Below are positions 39,582-53,788 of a stretch of 64,000 nucleotides of DNA, one piece after another; position 1 is the stretch's first letter; each line of letters begins with the position of its first letter. The translations under genes were made by a program, and so were the position numbers. Location: contig OZ024741.1 of the NCBI GenBank assembly GCA_964016885.1, positions 384,586,001-384,650,000 on the forward strand, in the 5' to 3' direction. Origin of the DNA: Eledone cirrhosa. Its lineage: Eukaryota. The notes beneath the pieces were generated by a model, which saw only the letters and a list, made by a program, of their open reading frames with translations, ran no database searches and was not told the DNA's origin.

Positions 39582-40228
39582 ATGATTTTTAATGCGATGA
39601 ATTATCAATGATGGTTGGAAAATCACTGACGAAGGACTATTTTTATCATATTTAACCCATGTGCAACCACGCAGTATTCTTCTTTCTTCTCATGTTTTTT
39701 ATATATATTTACCTCGGCTGCGTTTGTCTGTTTCTCTCTTACTGTTTCCCCGTTCTCTCTGTTGCTCTCACCTTCTTTCGCCCCCTCTGTCAGTTACACT
39801 TTCTCTCGACAGACCTCTTCCTCGCACTTCCACTCATTCACTCTCTGTTTCTCCTCTTCTCACTTCCTCCCGTTTGGGTAGTAGTGGGTTCTCTTCTCAC
39901 ATCTCACTCACGTCGGACTGTCTGTATCTTGATCGCTCATGAAATCCACCCAGTTTATGCTGACCGGATAACCATGTTGCTTTTTTATTCCCATCTTTGC
40001 GTTGCTTTCATCCTTCTATGTTGTTTACTTGTCTCACTCGCTTTACGCGATTTACTTGTCCCAATAGCTTTTTTTAGTTATTGCTCGCACCAACCTGAGG
40101 TATATGATTTTTAATGCGATGAATATATCAATGATGGTTGGCAAATCACTGACGAAGGACTATTTTTATCATATGTAACCCATGTGCAACCACGCAGTAT
40201 TCTTCTTTCTTCTCATGTTTTTTATATT
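39582..40228. mobile_element. Non-coding element with ~120-bp terminal direct repeats (39582-39702 / 40104-40226) in (TA)n
   Basis: Repeats ~522 nt apart. Each contains CTGACGAagg but no intact GAAA half. Confidence 0.75.
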
Positions 40229-40274
40229 TAATTATATATATATATGTATGTATGTATATATATATGTATGCATG

Positions 40275-40305
<31 letters not shown>

Positions 40306-40317
40306 GTATGTATATAT

Positions 40318-40351
<34 letters not shown>

Positions 40352-40383
40352 GTATATATATATATATGTATGTATGTATATAT

Positions 40384-40992
40384 GGTGGCTGCCAACTCGT
40401 TTTCGAGTACAGCCACTACTTTATATCCATGTAGGAGAACCCCTACTGATGCGCTGAACGAGTGTGACTTTTTCGTCCAGCCAGCTACTTGAAAGCTCTG
40501 GTACAAACACTACACTTGTAACAATTATTGACACACAGTGCTGGGCCCTTGGTACCATGTGACGACAAGTGCAGAGAGATCTCCAGATATAAAGCAATGC
40601 CTGTGCCGTGAAGCTTTTATAGTGAGCAAAGGCACTGCACAAAGCCAGTCCCACTCTCTTAACCAAGATGATATTTACCAAAAAGAAGAACAAGTCAACA
40701 TCATTGGATACCATCAGGGTTGCAGGTGTTATATCAGAGTTTTCCTTCTCCTAGAATTCTGCCTTGACAAAGGGTAACGGGTCATCTCTCCCGGTGATTT
40801 TGGATGGCCAGTGACTCTTAAGAGCTCCTTTGCCCTTTGACAGGTTTTGTTTTTAGTCCTGCAGGATGTCCAAAGTCACCCTCCTCACCAAGAAACCTTG
40901 GTGGGGTTGCCAGTTTAGTCGCCAACGACCCGACCATGGGACAGGTTGTACTGGGATACATGTTACCAGTAGCACCAATTGGTGACCTGACA
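40384..40992 (-). mobile_element. Second copy of the ~600-bp repeat at 12192-12799
   Basis: Mirrored ORF text (e.g. MVSNDVDLFFFLVNIILVKR) on the opposite strand. Confidence 0.88.
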
Positions 40993-41007
40993 GTGTATAT
41001 ATATATA

Positions 41008-41082
<75 letters not shown>

Positions 41083-41088
<6 letters not shown>

Positions 41089-41620
41089 TATTGAAGTTTG
41101 CTTGAAGCATTGTGGAATAATAAGGTAAATTTCTTTAAGTCGTTTGGAAGCCTCGACAATGCAGATGGGTAAATCTCCGGGTAACAAGATCCGGTGGTGG
41201 AGAGAGAGATGTAAGTGGGTGTACGTTGAGATGCGTGGCGTGTATAAGACGTGTAGAGGAATGAAGGAAAGAGCGTAAAGGATAAAAATAAAATATAAGA
41301 TATTCAAAACAATGAACAGAGGAGGACACGTTTCGCACCTTTCCGACAGATAACCTCCCCCCCCCCCCCGGAAAAAAACCCACTTGATGGATGTGAATCC
41401 GAAATATATTGGGACAATTAAATCTCTCCCAGGGTAACTCTCTCTCGTGTTGTTATTTTATTTTTATCCTTTACGCTCTTTCCTTCATTCCTCTACACGT
41501 CTTATACACGCCACGCATCTCAACGTACACCCACTTACATCTCTCTTTCCACCACCGGATCTTGTTACCCGGAGATTTACCCATCTGCATTGTCGAGGTT
41601 TCCAAACGACACTTAAAGAC
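41083..41620. repeat. Foldback insert (arms ~41135-41295 / 41453-41617) plus left tail in (TA)n
   Basis: ~160-bp near-identical inverted arms. Confidence 0.85.
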
Positions 41621-41646
41621 ATATATATATATATATATATATATAC

Positions 41647-41677
<31 letters not shown>

Positions 41678-41717
41678 TGTATGTATGTATGTATGTATGT
41701 ATGTATATATATGTATG

Positions 41718-41785
<68 letters not shown>

Positions 41786-41787
<2 letters not shown>

Positions 41788-44700
41788 GTGAAAAATTGAA
41801 CGGGAACAAAACAGAGAGGCAGTACGAACAAAGGTTTATTAATTTCACGCTCTTGAGAGTGGGGTGGTGGTGGGAAACGACGTTTCGGGCATAAGCCCTT
41901 CTTCAGGTGAAAAGTGTGTGGGAAGAGAGTTCAAAGGGTGTGTATGGGGGGGGGGGGCATATAGCAAAAAGGAGGTGAGAGGAAACGGTGCAAATGAAAT
42001 TAAAAATAAAGGCATGATCAAAATAAAATTAAAATGGGGTAAAACAGGTGGTGGAAGGGTGTGGGGCGTGTAGGGGTGGTGGCGGGTGGAGTGGGGAGAG
42101 GGAGACAGGGTGTCCGAGCGGGGAGGGCTGAAGGTGATGTGTGTGTGTAGGTGTACGTGTGTGTGTTTGTGTGTGTATGTGAAAGCAAGGGTTGGGGGAA
42201 GAACGGGGTTGCATGTTCAGGAAGAGGTGTGTGTGGGGTGGGGTGTAGGTCGGAGTGTGTGTGCGTGTGTGGATAGAGGGGTGAGGGAGAGGATTGCGGA
42301 GGCTGAATGTGTAAATATGTGGTGGTACGCACGTGTGTGTGCGGTGTTTATGCGTGTTGTGGATGTAGGTGGCGTGTGGGGAAAAAAAATTGTTTGGGGT
42401 GTGTGTCTGGGGTGAGTCGTAAAGGTAATTCCGTAAAAAGATGTGGTGGAATGCTGAGTAAAATCCTGGGATGCGGTAGATTCTCGGGATTAAGGTTCAC
42501 ATATGTGTAATCCGTGAAGAGATTGGTCGGAAGAAGGGAGATTTGGGGTGCGCGCGCAACAGGAAGTGGTCCGAGGGCCAAGGCAGGAGGAGGGTTGTGT
42601 GTCTATGTGTGCGGGGAGGTGGTCAGAGAGGCATAGCAGCAGTAGGGTAGAATGGTAAGTGAAGAAAGTCGGTGTGTCAGTGTGTGCGGAGGTGCGATGG
42701 ACAGGGGAGAGGATGGGTAGGTGTGAAAGTTGGAGTGAGGAGGGGGTATGTGTGTATTAGTAGAGCTGTTAGTGGGATGTGTGAGTGTTTGAGAAAGGGT
42801 GTGGGTGGAGCGGGGAGAGAAGGGTGTGGGGGACGATGGAGGGAGTGTAGTGTACTGGTGTGTGTGTTTGGTGAAGGGTGTGTTAGTGGGTGTTAGTATA
42901 CTGGACGTGGAGAAAGGGTTGAATGCGGGTGTGAGTGGTGGTCAGTGGTGGTAGGGTGTGTAGAGTGGGTGGTGTAAGAGGGTGTGTGTGTTCGTGTGCG
43001 TAGGGTTGGGGGGTGTTAGTGATGTTAGTTGCGTGTAGAGTGGGTGGTGTAAGTGGGTGTGTGTGTTCGTGTGCTTGGGGTCAGGGGGTGTTAGTGATGT
43101 TAGTTGCGGGGTGGTGGGGTGGATGTGTGGGGGTGAAGGTTAGTGGTGGTAGTAGGGTGTGTGTTTAGTGTGAGCGCGTGTATATATGTACCGGTGGGTG
43201 TGTGCGTGTGATAAGGAGGGGGAGAAGAAGGGAGGGATGTTAGTATGTTAATTGGGGAAGGGTGGTCGGATGTGGGGTGGAGGTGTTAGTATTGTTAGTT
43301 GTGGGGTGGGCGGTGAAAAGGAGGGGTGTGTTAGTGGTGTTAGTGGGGGATATGTGTGGGGGAAGGGGGACGGTCGAAGGCTAAAGGAATAAGGGTGGGG
43401 AGTTCAGGCCGGGGGGAGTGTGGGTCTGTAGGGTGAAGATGGTTCGTTGTTCGACTCTTAGGAGATTGGCGGGTGTTCCGTGGCATTGGAGTAGGCCACA
43501 GACTGTGAGATGGCGTGCGGAATGTCCAGGGGCACCAAAGTGGCGGGCGATGGGGGAACTACCACCGAGACGAATATCACGAAGGTGCTCAGTAAATCTG
43601 TCCGCCAGGCGACGTCCAGTCTGTCCGACGTAAGTCGCGCTGCACTCCGTGCAGCGAAGTCCGTAGACTAGGTTGGAGGAGGTGCAGCGGAAGGCATGCT
43701 GGACAGAGAGAGAGTGGCTGTTGGGACCCTGGAAGGTGGTGGTGTTGGTGATGTGGGGACAGGTGTTGCAGCGGGGCCTAGAACAGGGAAAGGAACCGGG
43801 GGGAAAGAGAGCGTGGGTTGGGGGGTAGGGAGCTGTGGACGAGGAGGGTGCCGAGATTGCGTGCGCCTATGAAGGAGGGGACTGGTGGGGCTGGGAAGAT
43901 GTGGGAGGTGGAGGGGTCGGACTGGAGGCGTCGGAAGAGGCGGAAATGGTGCGGTGGAGGGGTATGGTGGAGGGGTGGTAGGTGATGGGGAAGGGGAGGC
44001 GGTGGGTGGGTGTGCGGTGGCGTGGGGTGAGGGTGGTGGAGCGGTGGACAGCACGGGCGCGGGTGAGAGCGGTGTGGACGAGAGAGGGGGGTAACTTCTG
44101 CAGATGAAATGGCTGACTAGGGAAAGGGCCTGGGACTCAAAGTCAGCATCTCGGCTACAGAGGCGGCGGATCCTGAGGAGTTGGGAGTAGGGAATGGAGA
44201 GTTTAGTGTGGGTGGGGTGGGAAGAGGTGAAATCGAGGTAGGAGTGGGAGTCGGTGGGTTTGAAGAAGGCGGAGATGACGAGGGAGTGGTTGGAGGGGTT
44301 GAAGGCGACGGAGATGTCTAAAAAGTGGACGTGGGTGGTGGAGATAGAGGTGGTGGAGTGGTGGGAGGGGTGGAAGGAACAGAAGAAGGAGAGAAAGGAG
44401 TCGAGATGTTCTCGGGTGAGGGTCGTGGCTCCGATACAGTCGTCGATGTAACGACCGTACAGTTCGGGCGTGGGGTCGGTGTACTGGGCAAAGATTTGGG
44501 CCTCAACATGGCCAACAAAAAGGTTGGCATAGTTTGGGCCTATTCTTGTACCCATGGCTACCCCCGTGACCTGTTGGTAAAACTCACCCGAGAAGGAGAA
44601 ACAGTTGAGGGTGAGGACCAGCTCGGCGAGGCGAAAGATGGTGGGTGGAGGGGATGGGGAGGGGCGAAGGTCGAGGTAGTGTTTGAGGGCGCGTAGGCCG

Positions 44701-45705
44701 TCGGCGTGGGGGATGACGGTATAGAGGGACTTGATGTCTAGGGTGAAGAGGAAGGGCTGTGGGCCGGGTGGGTAGGTGAAGGAGTCGAAAAGGCGCAGGG
44801 CATGGTTGGTGTCGGAGATGTGGGAGGTGAGGGGGGTGACAAGGGGTGCGAGGATGGAGTCGAGAAAGGCGATGAGTTCGGTGGGGCAGTTGCAAGCGGA
44901 GACGATGGGGCGGCGGGGTTATCGGGTTTGTGAAGTTTGGGGAGGAAGTAGATGGTGGGGGTGCGGGGGGTGGACGATGAAGTGGGAAGCGGTGGGGGAG
45001 GAGGGAGGAGGAGACAATGTGTTGGATGGTGGAGGAAACTTGTTGTTGGTAGAGGGGTGTGGGATCGGAGGGTAGAAGGCGGTAGAAGAGGGGCTTACAG
45101 AGCTGCCTGAGGGCTTCGGCCGTGTAGAGGTCCGCGCGCCACACCACCACGGCGCCTCCCTTGTCCGCCGGTTTGATGACGATGTCATCTTGGCTACGGA
45201 GGGAGCGGAGAGCGAGGAGTTCGCCCCGTGTGATGTTATTCCGTTTGGAACGGTGGCGGAAGTCGAAACGATTTACGGCGCTACGGCTGGCATCGAAGAA
45301 CGCATCCAGGGTGCTAAATTGCCCTGGGGCCGGCGTCCAAGAAGATGGTCGTCGGCCCAGGGCGAGAAACGGGTCTGGGGCGTTCGGCCGAAATGTGCCT
45401 GTAGCTTCGTGCGTCGCACGAATCGCTCGACTTCCGTTCGGGTGCGGAACTCGTCGCTGTGCGGAGTGTGGGGTATGAAGCGAAACCCTCTACTAAGGAG
45501 TGAGCGCTCAGGTGCGGAGAGGGGGATGTCAGGGGGTATGGTGGCGACAAGTGGTGGGGTTTGGTGTGTGGGGGGATGGTGTGGTGGGGGGGGGAGGCTC
45601 ATAGGGATGGGCGGATGGTGGTGGATGGCGGTGGTTGGGAGGAGTGAGTGTAGCTTGCGGGCTTTGGTGGAGGTGAGGAAGGAGAAGAGGTCGTGGTTGT
45701 GGTTG
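41786..45705 (-). mobile_element. GC-rich Penelope-like element (Neptune-like), 5'-truncated and frameshifted, with a long low-complexity 3' region and a terminal hammerhead
   Basis: RT motifs DDIVIKPADKG.AVVVW, LDIKSLYTVIPH, GVAMGTRIGPNYANLF, YGRYIDD, FLDI and KPTDSHSYL. GIY-YIG CTSSNLVYGLRCTECSATYVGQTGRRLADRFTEH at ~43580-43700. (TA)n on both flanks. Confidence 0.92.
41877..41908 (-). ncRNA. Minimal PLE-type hammerhead
   Basis: Sense: ac CTGAAGA a gggc ttat gccc GAAA CG TC gt. Confidence 0.85.
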
Positions 45706-46929
45706 ATATATATATATATATATATATATTACACTTAGATGGATCATTGTTTATCTACACTATTAGATTAACCCAAGTATTGTCACTCCTGTTAAATATA
45801 CATAGCACCGGCCGAACAAATAGCCGGGGTTTTTTTTTGGGGGGGGGGGGGGGTATCATTATAGAAAATAATATTGATAAATTACTACATTGAGGTGCCT
45901 TTCTAGTGTATTAGAGTAACTAATAACTAAATTTTATTAATTAGGAATTTAATTAGTATCAAATTATATTTGCTTAGCTCTTTAGCCAATGTTAGACCTG
46001 GCATACTCATATTCACTCTACAATATTCCTTGTTTCTCATAGGTTCCTACCGCCTTCAGAGATAGCTGTAAAGAATTCTCTCTTAACGCATGACTGGCCT
46101 GGCATCCACAGGTCATATTTTCATCTTACTCCCTCCCCTTTGTTCTACAGGCAAGTTCAACCAACCCCACCGCCAACCGCCACTATGAAGGAATTTAACT
46201 ATATATACGACATCCCAAAGAAAAGAAAAACAACAATTTTTAGAGTTGTTTGATATGATACTACTGTTATATTTTGATTCCATGCCCATATATGGACTGT
46301 ACCCCTTGATAAGTTCAGCTAGATTACTACCGTCCTAACACTACTGGGTTAGTTCAGATCTAGCTGTCGAAACGGCCGGAGCTCAGCCATCGGAGTCCTG
46401 ACTCTTTTCCTATATATATATATATGAAATAAAAAATGAAATAAGTACTCAATCATTTTTAGACACTGTAAATATACCTGAACTAAGTTTCAGTAGATCT
46501 AAATGTTAAGAAGAATGTTTTAACACTTGAGTATATACCACAAGTATACTCTACATCTATCGTGTAGAGCATACTTGTGGTATAGTTCTTGAGAGAGAAA
46601 TAAGCGAGTAAATAAATAGATCAATGAGCAAAAACAGGTTTATTTTACTCAATAATCAACATTGAGACTCATCGACTGCCGTTGTTAAAACTGTTATCGA
46701 TTAATGAACAACAGAGTAATAGAAAACGTTTTCAGTTCAATTCATGGTACATTGACATGTTTTCCATTCTGTTCACATTCTGTAATAATTGTTTCTGCTT
46801 TTTGGCACAAGGCCAGCAAATACCCAGTTCATTACTGGTACTTTATTTTATCAACCCAGTAAGGATGAAAGGCAAAGTTAACCTCGGCGGGAATAATATC
46901 GCTTTCAATCATGCATTCATGAAAAGGAG

Positions 46930-47489
46930 TTAGTCGAATCCCTATTCTATTGCAAAGCTCATTTGTTTCATTTAGAATTCGCAACAGCATTGCAGCACAT
47001 GTATTTTTAATGTCAAAATATGGGCGGGGATTACTCCAGTAAAGTTGCAGCTGTTTAGGAACTCTATTGTATAATTGTAGATTACCTTCATAATCGTAGG
47101 GGTCAGTGAGCTTATGAGAGCTTCTTCAACAATTGTGTTCATAATTCTTTCATTTATAAAACGAAAACAATTCCCTGTATATATGCCGTTTAAAATAGGG
47201 TTCTTACCAGCAAATACATCTAGCTGTAAAATATTGATTAATATGCAGTCTATAATCGGATTCTTTAACAGAGAAAATAGTCTTGAAACGCTTGTTTTTT
47301 TTCCAATAAAGGAAGATGTAAGTAAAACATAACAATATGAGCATTTCATATTGTTATGGAGACACACTACAACAGAAACACAAACAATACATCTCAATTT
47401 AACTTTTGATAATCATAAGAACTGTGAAACCGGTAAAGTAAATAAATATTATTAAAAGACTCCAGCTGCATTTTCAATTTCTTTTCCTT

Positions 47490-47490
<1 letters not shown>
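46930..47490 (+). pseudogene. Decayed PLE GIY-YIG C-terminus plus pLTR with a U3-A8 hammerhead at 47402-47439
   Basis: SSTI...FKI...ANTS...FNRENSLETLVFF resembles PLE endonuclease ends. HHR: actt TTGATAA t ca..tg t GAAA CCGG TA aagt. Confidence 0.6.
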
Positions 47491-47529
<39 letters not shown>

Positions 47530-47552
<23 letters not shown>

Positions 47553-48360
47553 TTAATTGAAAGTTAATTAGTCTCTAATACATAAACACCTTAATGAGTG
47601 GATAAAATATATAGATTAGAAATCGCTCAGAGAATCAATATTAATCGGTAGAGGGTCTGATGCCATGCTTTGCAGCAAAGAGTTACGGCCATTTGTGGTC
47701 TGAGTTCAAATCCCGCCGAGGTTAACTCTGCCTTTCATCCTTACGGGGCCGATAAAATAAAGTACCAGTAATATATTGGGATAATTGCTGGCCTTGTGCC
47801 ATAAGTTGAAACAATTATATATTAAATTTAAGTGAGAAATAACTCTATTTATGGGAGTACAAGCCAGGCTGACAAAAAATAAAATTTTATTTATACTCGC
47901 TTGTATAAAGATCTCCCTACCATGGTTTCGTTTGCCGAAGAATGTATTACTGGAAGCACCAATAATTGAAGAATCCGCAATACTATGCGACAGGCTTATA
48001 ATGCTGCTAGTAATAGCAGCCAAAAGACCGTCTGATACAAATCGACAAATTAAGGGCTAGTTTAATATTAATTAAAAGTTAATTATTCACTAATACTTAA
48101 ACATCTCAATGAATGGATATATGATATAGAGAAACAATATTATATATTAAATTTAAGTGAGAACAAACTCTATTTATGGGAGTACAAGCCTGGAGAGTAT
48201 TGCGGATTCTTCAATTATTGGTGCTTCCAATTATAAATTCTTCCGCAAACGAAACCATTGTAGGAAGATCTTTATACAAACGAGTATAGATAAAATATTG
48301 GTTTTGTCTGTCTGGTTTGTACTCCCATAAATAGAGTTTTTCTCACTTAAATGTAATATA
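47530..48360. repeat. Rearranged foldback/direct-repeat complex (IR ~47820-47983 / 48196-48360; direct duplication ~47548-47620 / 48067-48130) interrupted by a SINE
   Basis: ggaagcaccaataattgaagaatccgcaatact / agtattgcggattcttcaattattggtgcttcc. Only the HHR 3' half (GAAA CCATGG TA) is visible. Confidence 0.7.
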
Positions 48361-48723
48361 TATATATATATATAATAACTAGAAATTGATTAACATATAT
48401 ATAAACATGAATAATCACAGGAGATAATTTTTACAAGTGTGTAACCACACATAGCTAGGTAGGTAACTAAATAAATAAAGTTGACTAGAACTTCAAAAAT
48501 AGATACATTATAATATGATTAACCTTCCCTGTATATATTCCATTAAAGAAATATATTTCACCAATTAATCAGATGGTAAACCACGGAAGTGGAGATTTTG
48601 GATTTTCAACAAGGAAGAAAATATCCAGCTATCCGTGCTTACACTTCAAGTTCAAATCTGCCTTTCCGGCATGACACCCATAATTTTGATTTAGATTAAA
48701 TTCATTTAATTTATCTTAATTTT

Positions 48724-48803
<80 letters not shown>

Positions 48804-49039
48804 AGAGTCCGGGTAACTATTTCAATCATATCTTATTTTGTTTGACCCGTTTAGCTTGTTCGCTTATTTGGCTCTGATGGTTAATGGCTTCTTAACCATC
48901 GTCTCAGTTTATATGACCTTTTTAACTTATGTTTATAGCTCTGGTATCTTCTTCATATCCATGGAGCGCTTGTCTACACATTACGGAAGTTGCGTTTCGC
49001 TAATTTCTACCCGCCGAAATGCGATTCTCGCTAAATTTA

Positions 49040-49094
<55 letters not shown>

Positions 49095-49102
49095 TGTATA
49101 TG

Positions 49103-50384
49103 CGATGGCCAGTCAAAGAGTAATGCCTTTTTATCATAGAGGCTCTTTTTTTATAGAATGAGTTGAAATTTGGCACAAAGGTAAAGGGGCATATCTCATT
49201 TTGTTGTTCGGATTTGTATGAGTGACTGAGTTGATGATTTCAAGATGGCCACTCCCTTGGAAGTCCGTCGAAAGCAAAAGTCAGTAATTGAATTCCTTGT
49301 TACTGAAGGAGAAACCTCTGTTAACATTCACAAGAAACTAAATTTGAAGGTGGCGCCTTAGACTATAGTAATGTGCGTCGATGGACCCGTCGTCTGAATG
49401 AAGATGAAGAGGTGGAAACTGCAAGCTTAGCAGACAAGCCTCGTGCTGGCCGCTCCTGAACACTGCCAACAAAGCAAGCTCAGACGCTTTAATCAGAGCT
49501 GATAGGCGCATAACCCTTGATGAGTTGGCATTAGAGCTTGGAGTAAGTCATGGTGACGCTCATAGCATTGTTAACTCACTTGGATTGTCAGGTGTCTGTG
49601 CCTATTGGGTACCAAGACAACTCACAGTTGATCACAAGATTAAATGGTTAACTGCTGCACTAAGCTTCTTGAATTCAGTCAAAGAGACAACACGTTCTTT
49701 AGACGGCTTATTACAGGTGATGAAATATGGATTCATCATTATGAACCTGAGTCAAAAAGGCAATCAATGGAATTGCGTCACCCAAAAGTTAAAGGCACAA
49801 ACGTCAGCCGGAAATCATGGCGTCTGTCTTTTGGGATACGCAAGGAGTGATTCTTATTAATTTCTTGCCAAGAAGAGAAACAATTAACTCTGAAGCATAT
49901 ATTGAGATACTAAAAAGACTAAAAGCAAGACTTCGACGAGTAAGACCCGACTTGGAGAAGAATAAAGTTATTCTTCAACACAACAATGCCAGACCTCACA
50001 CGAGCATCAGAACAAAGGAGGAAATCACCTCATTTGGGTGGACAACTCTGCTACACCTTCCATACTCATCTAATTTGGCACCATCAGACTACCACCTCTT
50101 CGATCCCATGAAAGAAGTATTGAGAAACCACAATTATAGAAATGATGAGGAAGTGAAAACTGGTGTCAAGCAATGGCTTCATGAGCAGCCAGTAGAGTTT
50201 TATGAAGCTGGGATACATGCCGTCGTTCCAAGGGGGAATGTTGCTATAGAAAGAAGTGCTATGTTGAGAGGTAGGAATGTGAACCCCTGATGTACCGCTT
50301 CAATATTTGATGTATATTACATTTTGTTTGGTTCTTTATTTTTCTTGCAATAACACAAAAGCATTACTTTTTAACTGGCCCTCG
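49103..50384 (+). mobile_element. Full-length decayed mariner transposon (frameshifted transposase)
   Basis: TIRs cgatggccagtcaaagagtaatgc / gcattactttttaactggccctcg. Motifs WVPRQL, ITGDEIWIHHYEPE, HNNARPH and YSSNLAPSDYHLF. Confidence 0.93.
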
Positions 50385-50503
<119 letters not shown>

Positions 50504-50507
50504 ATAT

Positions 50508-51020
<513 letters not shown>

Positions 51021-52133
51021 ACAGAGAGGATCGATGATTTTATGGGTTGATGGAATATATGACATTAAAAATAAAATGTTTATCAAAAAATATATATGAA
51101 GCAGGTTCCACAGCGCATCACATTTCTACGAAATCCAGCAATTTTTTTTTTTTAATTGAAAGAATTATTCTCGGTAAGATACTATCAAACTAAAATATTT
51201 GATTTCTAGCGAATATTCCTGCATCCACACTTAAACACACACTCACAATTTATTGCGAAAAGATGAATTTCAGTTCCAATTATTTTTGAAGGTCAAAGTG
51301 TGACAGGACCACATACATAATACAGTCACACATACAAACACGCGCGCGCACACAACGTCATATTAGCAATATATGTGTGTCTGTGTGTCATAAAATAGAC
51401 CCAACCTATGACTTGTGCTATCATTGAGTCAAATCGACAACCACCTAGGACACAGGCCTAGGGTACAAGCCTAGGGCACAAACCACATCGGGGCCCAGAA
51501 CTGACCGTTCTTTTTCAAATGTGAGCAATCTTTGTGTGCATGTGTTTCATGATACAAGTATTTGTCATTGCCTAGGATGCAAGATAATTTGGCGACGATC
51601 CTGATCTCACCATGAAATAACTAGATTTATATGCTGTCCCTAAACATCCCTAAATAGAAATTACTGCTCCATATCGAAACAAGTAAATCAACTGTAGATA
51701 ATCATAATTACCTTCACCATCAGGAAATAAAAGCAAAGAATAATTGTTTAACAAATTAAATATCGATCAATCTTAAATTAAGCTCACTGAACTTATAATT
51801 GCTGTTAATTTGGTTTCCAAAAATATATTACCATTAAATCAATATAGCGATCGAAGTGGGCTGATTCATCGCATACACATCAATGAGACAATGATTTCCC
51901 ACAGAATGAAACCCCCACCCTCTCAGGCCTATAGTTTCACATTGTTGTTACTAACCTACCCAAATCTGTCTTGGGATTTAGAAAAATGGTTCTTCCCTTA
52001 ACAAAGATTAAATTCGATTCTTTCACAAATGATTTTTGCATAATACGCACCCGCACGCGGTGCACACACATACACATAAATATATACATACCTACATTCA
52101 TGTATACATATATGCATACATACATATATATAC

Positions 52134-52294
<161 letters not shown>

Positions 52295-53674
52295 AATGGA
52301 AGTTTAGTAAAATCGAAGTTTTGGCTGTGGCCAAGCTACCGATATACAATCAGGAATGTGCAGCAAAGCACTCGATAAGGTTGTGTCACCTTAGAGTAAT
52401 AACTGTTTCTACTTTAGGCACAAGGCCAGCAATTACCCAGTGCATTACTGGTACTTTATTTTATCGACCCCGTAAGGATGAAAGGCAAAGTCAACCTCGG
52501 CGGGATTTGAACTCAGATCGTAAAGGGACGCACCTTGGAGTAATAACATACGTTAGATAGCTTGACAAATTGAAAACTGCGATCGGTGACCCAGCCACAT
52601 GAAACCAAAGCAACGAACAAAACCAATCAGGTATTTACATATATATATAATTAGAACATATATATATAATAATAACTAATTACAACACATATATATATAT
52701 ATAGTAGGTGTGTGTGTAACTATAGTTACAGGCGGTTCGTCGGTTAAAGCACTCATTGCTGATACGCGGTCTCATCTCGTGTGGGGTTTATACTTCAGTG
52801 TACTCCAGGGCGGGCTAAAGCGGCTGTAACACGCAGAGTATAATAAGAGTTAGAATGTGAATAAAATAACTCTGGCGAGAATTCCAAGATGAGAAAAACT
52901 GATCAGTACTCCATCAACATACCAGAATGGAACATGGTGACTCACTAGAGAACATCGAGATAAATATCATATCTACACACAGAACAGACGCAATGCTCCG
53001 ACAGATTACTGAAGCAACAAACATAAGCGAACTCCGACTAAAACTAAATAGAAAGCACGAGTGGAATCGCAACAACCTCACAACGTAGCAATTAAGAACA
53101 ATATAAAGACACACAAGAACTAAACTAAGATAAACCAGACACACACTGATAGAACAAGTAACCAACTAGTGACAAATAGGAAAGAAAATGAATGAATAAA
53201 TGTATGAATAAATAAATTAATTAATTAATTAAAACACTCACAAACCCGGACATACCACATGCGCAGTCCAAGTACACAGCTCACCAAATGGTATAATACA
53301 GTAAAAAGGAGAGACACAAAATAAAAAACAAAAATAGTCACTGATGAGGTGACATGATAAAAAAAGCCTTCATGACAATCAACAACTAAACAACCATCCG
53401 GTTATTAAACTAATCGACTGAGAAATTATTATAATAAATTGAAGTGAAAAACAATATCTGTTTCAACACACATTGAATATCTGTCGAGAGCAGAGCGTTT
53501 GTTTAAATCTCAACTCCACACGGTGTCAAAAAACGTTTAATGACCAGGGCAGATATAAATAGGTCTGGACGTCGTATCGGCTAGAATGAGCTGCGAAGTA
53601 CCAGTCACAGTCGAGGCAATTAACAAATTAACAAATTTAAAGTAGTTATATATTATGTTAAAGAATCAAGACAA

Positions 53675-53788
53675 TTCCTCTGATGATTAGACCCTTGTCT
53701 TCCGTTTGCTTTACCAAAATGGATAGTTGATTACTTAGATCGATTGTTCGCTGCGGTTTCTTGGACTATGAAACAGTACTGTAAGGAA
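53675..53788 (+). ncRNA. Type-I hammerhead with an ~80-nt stem-II domain
   Basis: ttcct CTGATGA t tag..(insert)..cta t GAAA CAGTACTG TA aggaa. Confidence 0.82.

Noticed and set aside
43668-44555. Proline-rich 295-aa host protein
   Set aside because: PLE RT that shifts out of frame into C-rich sequence.
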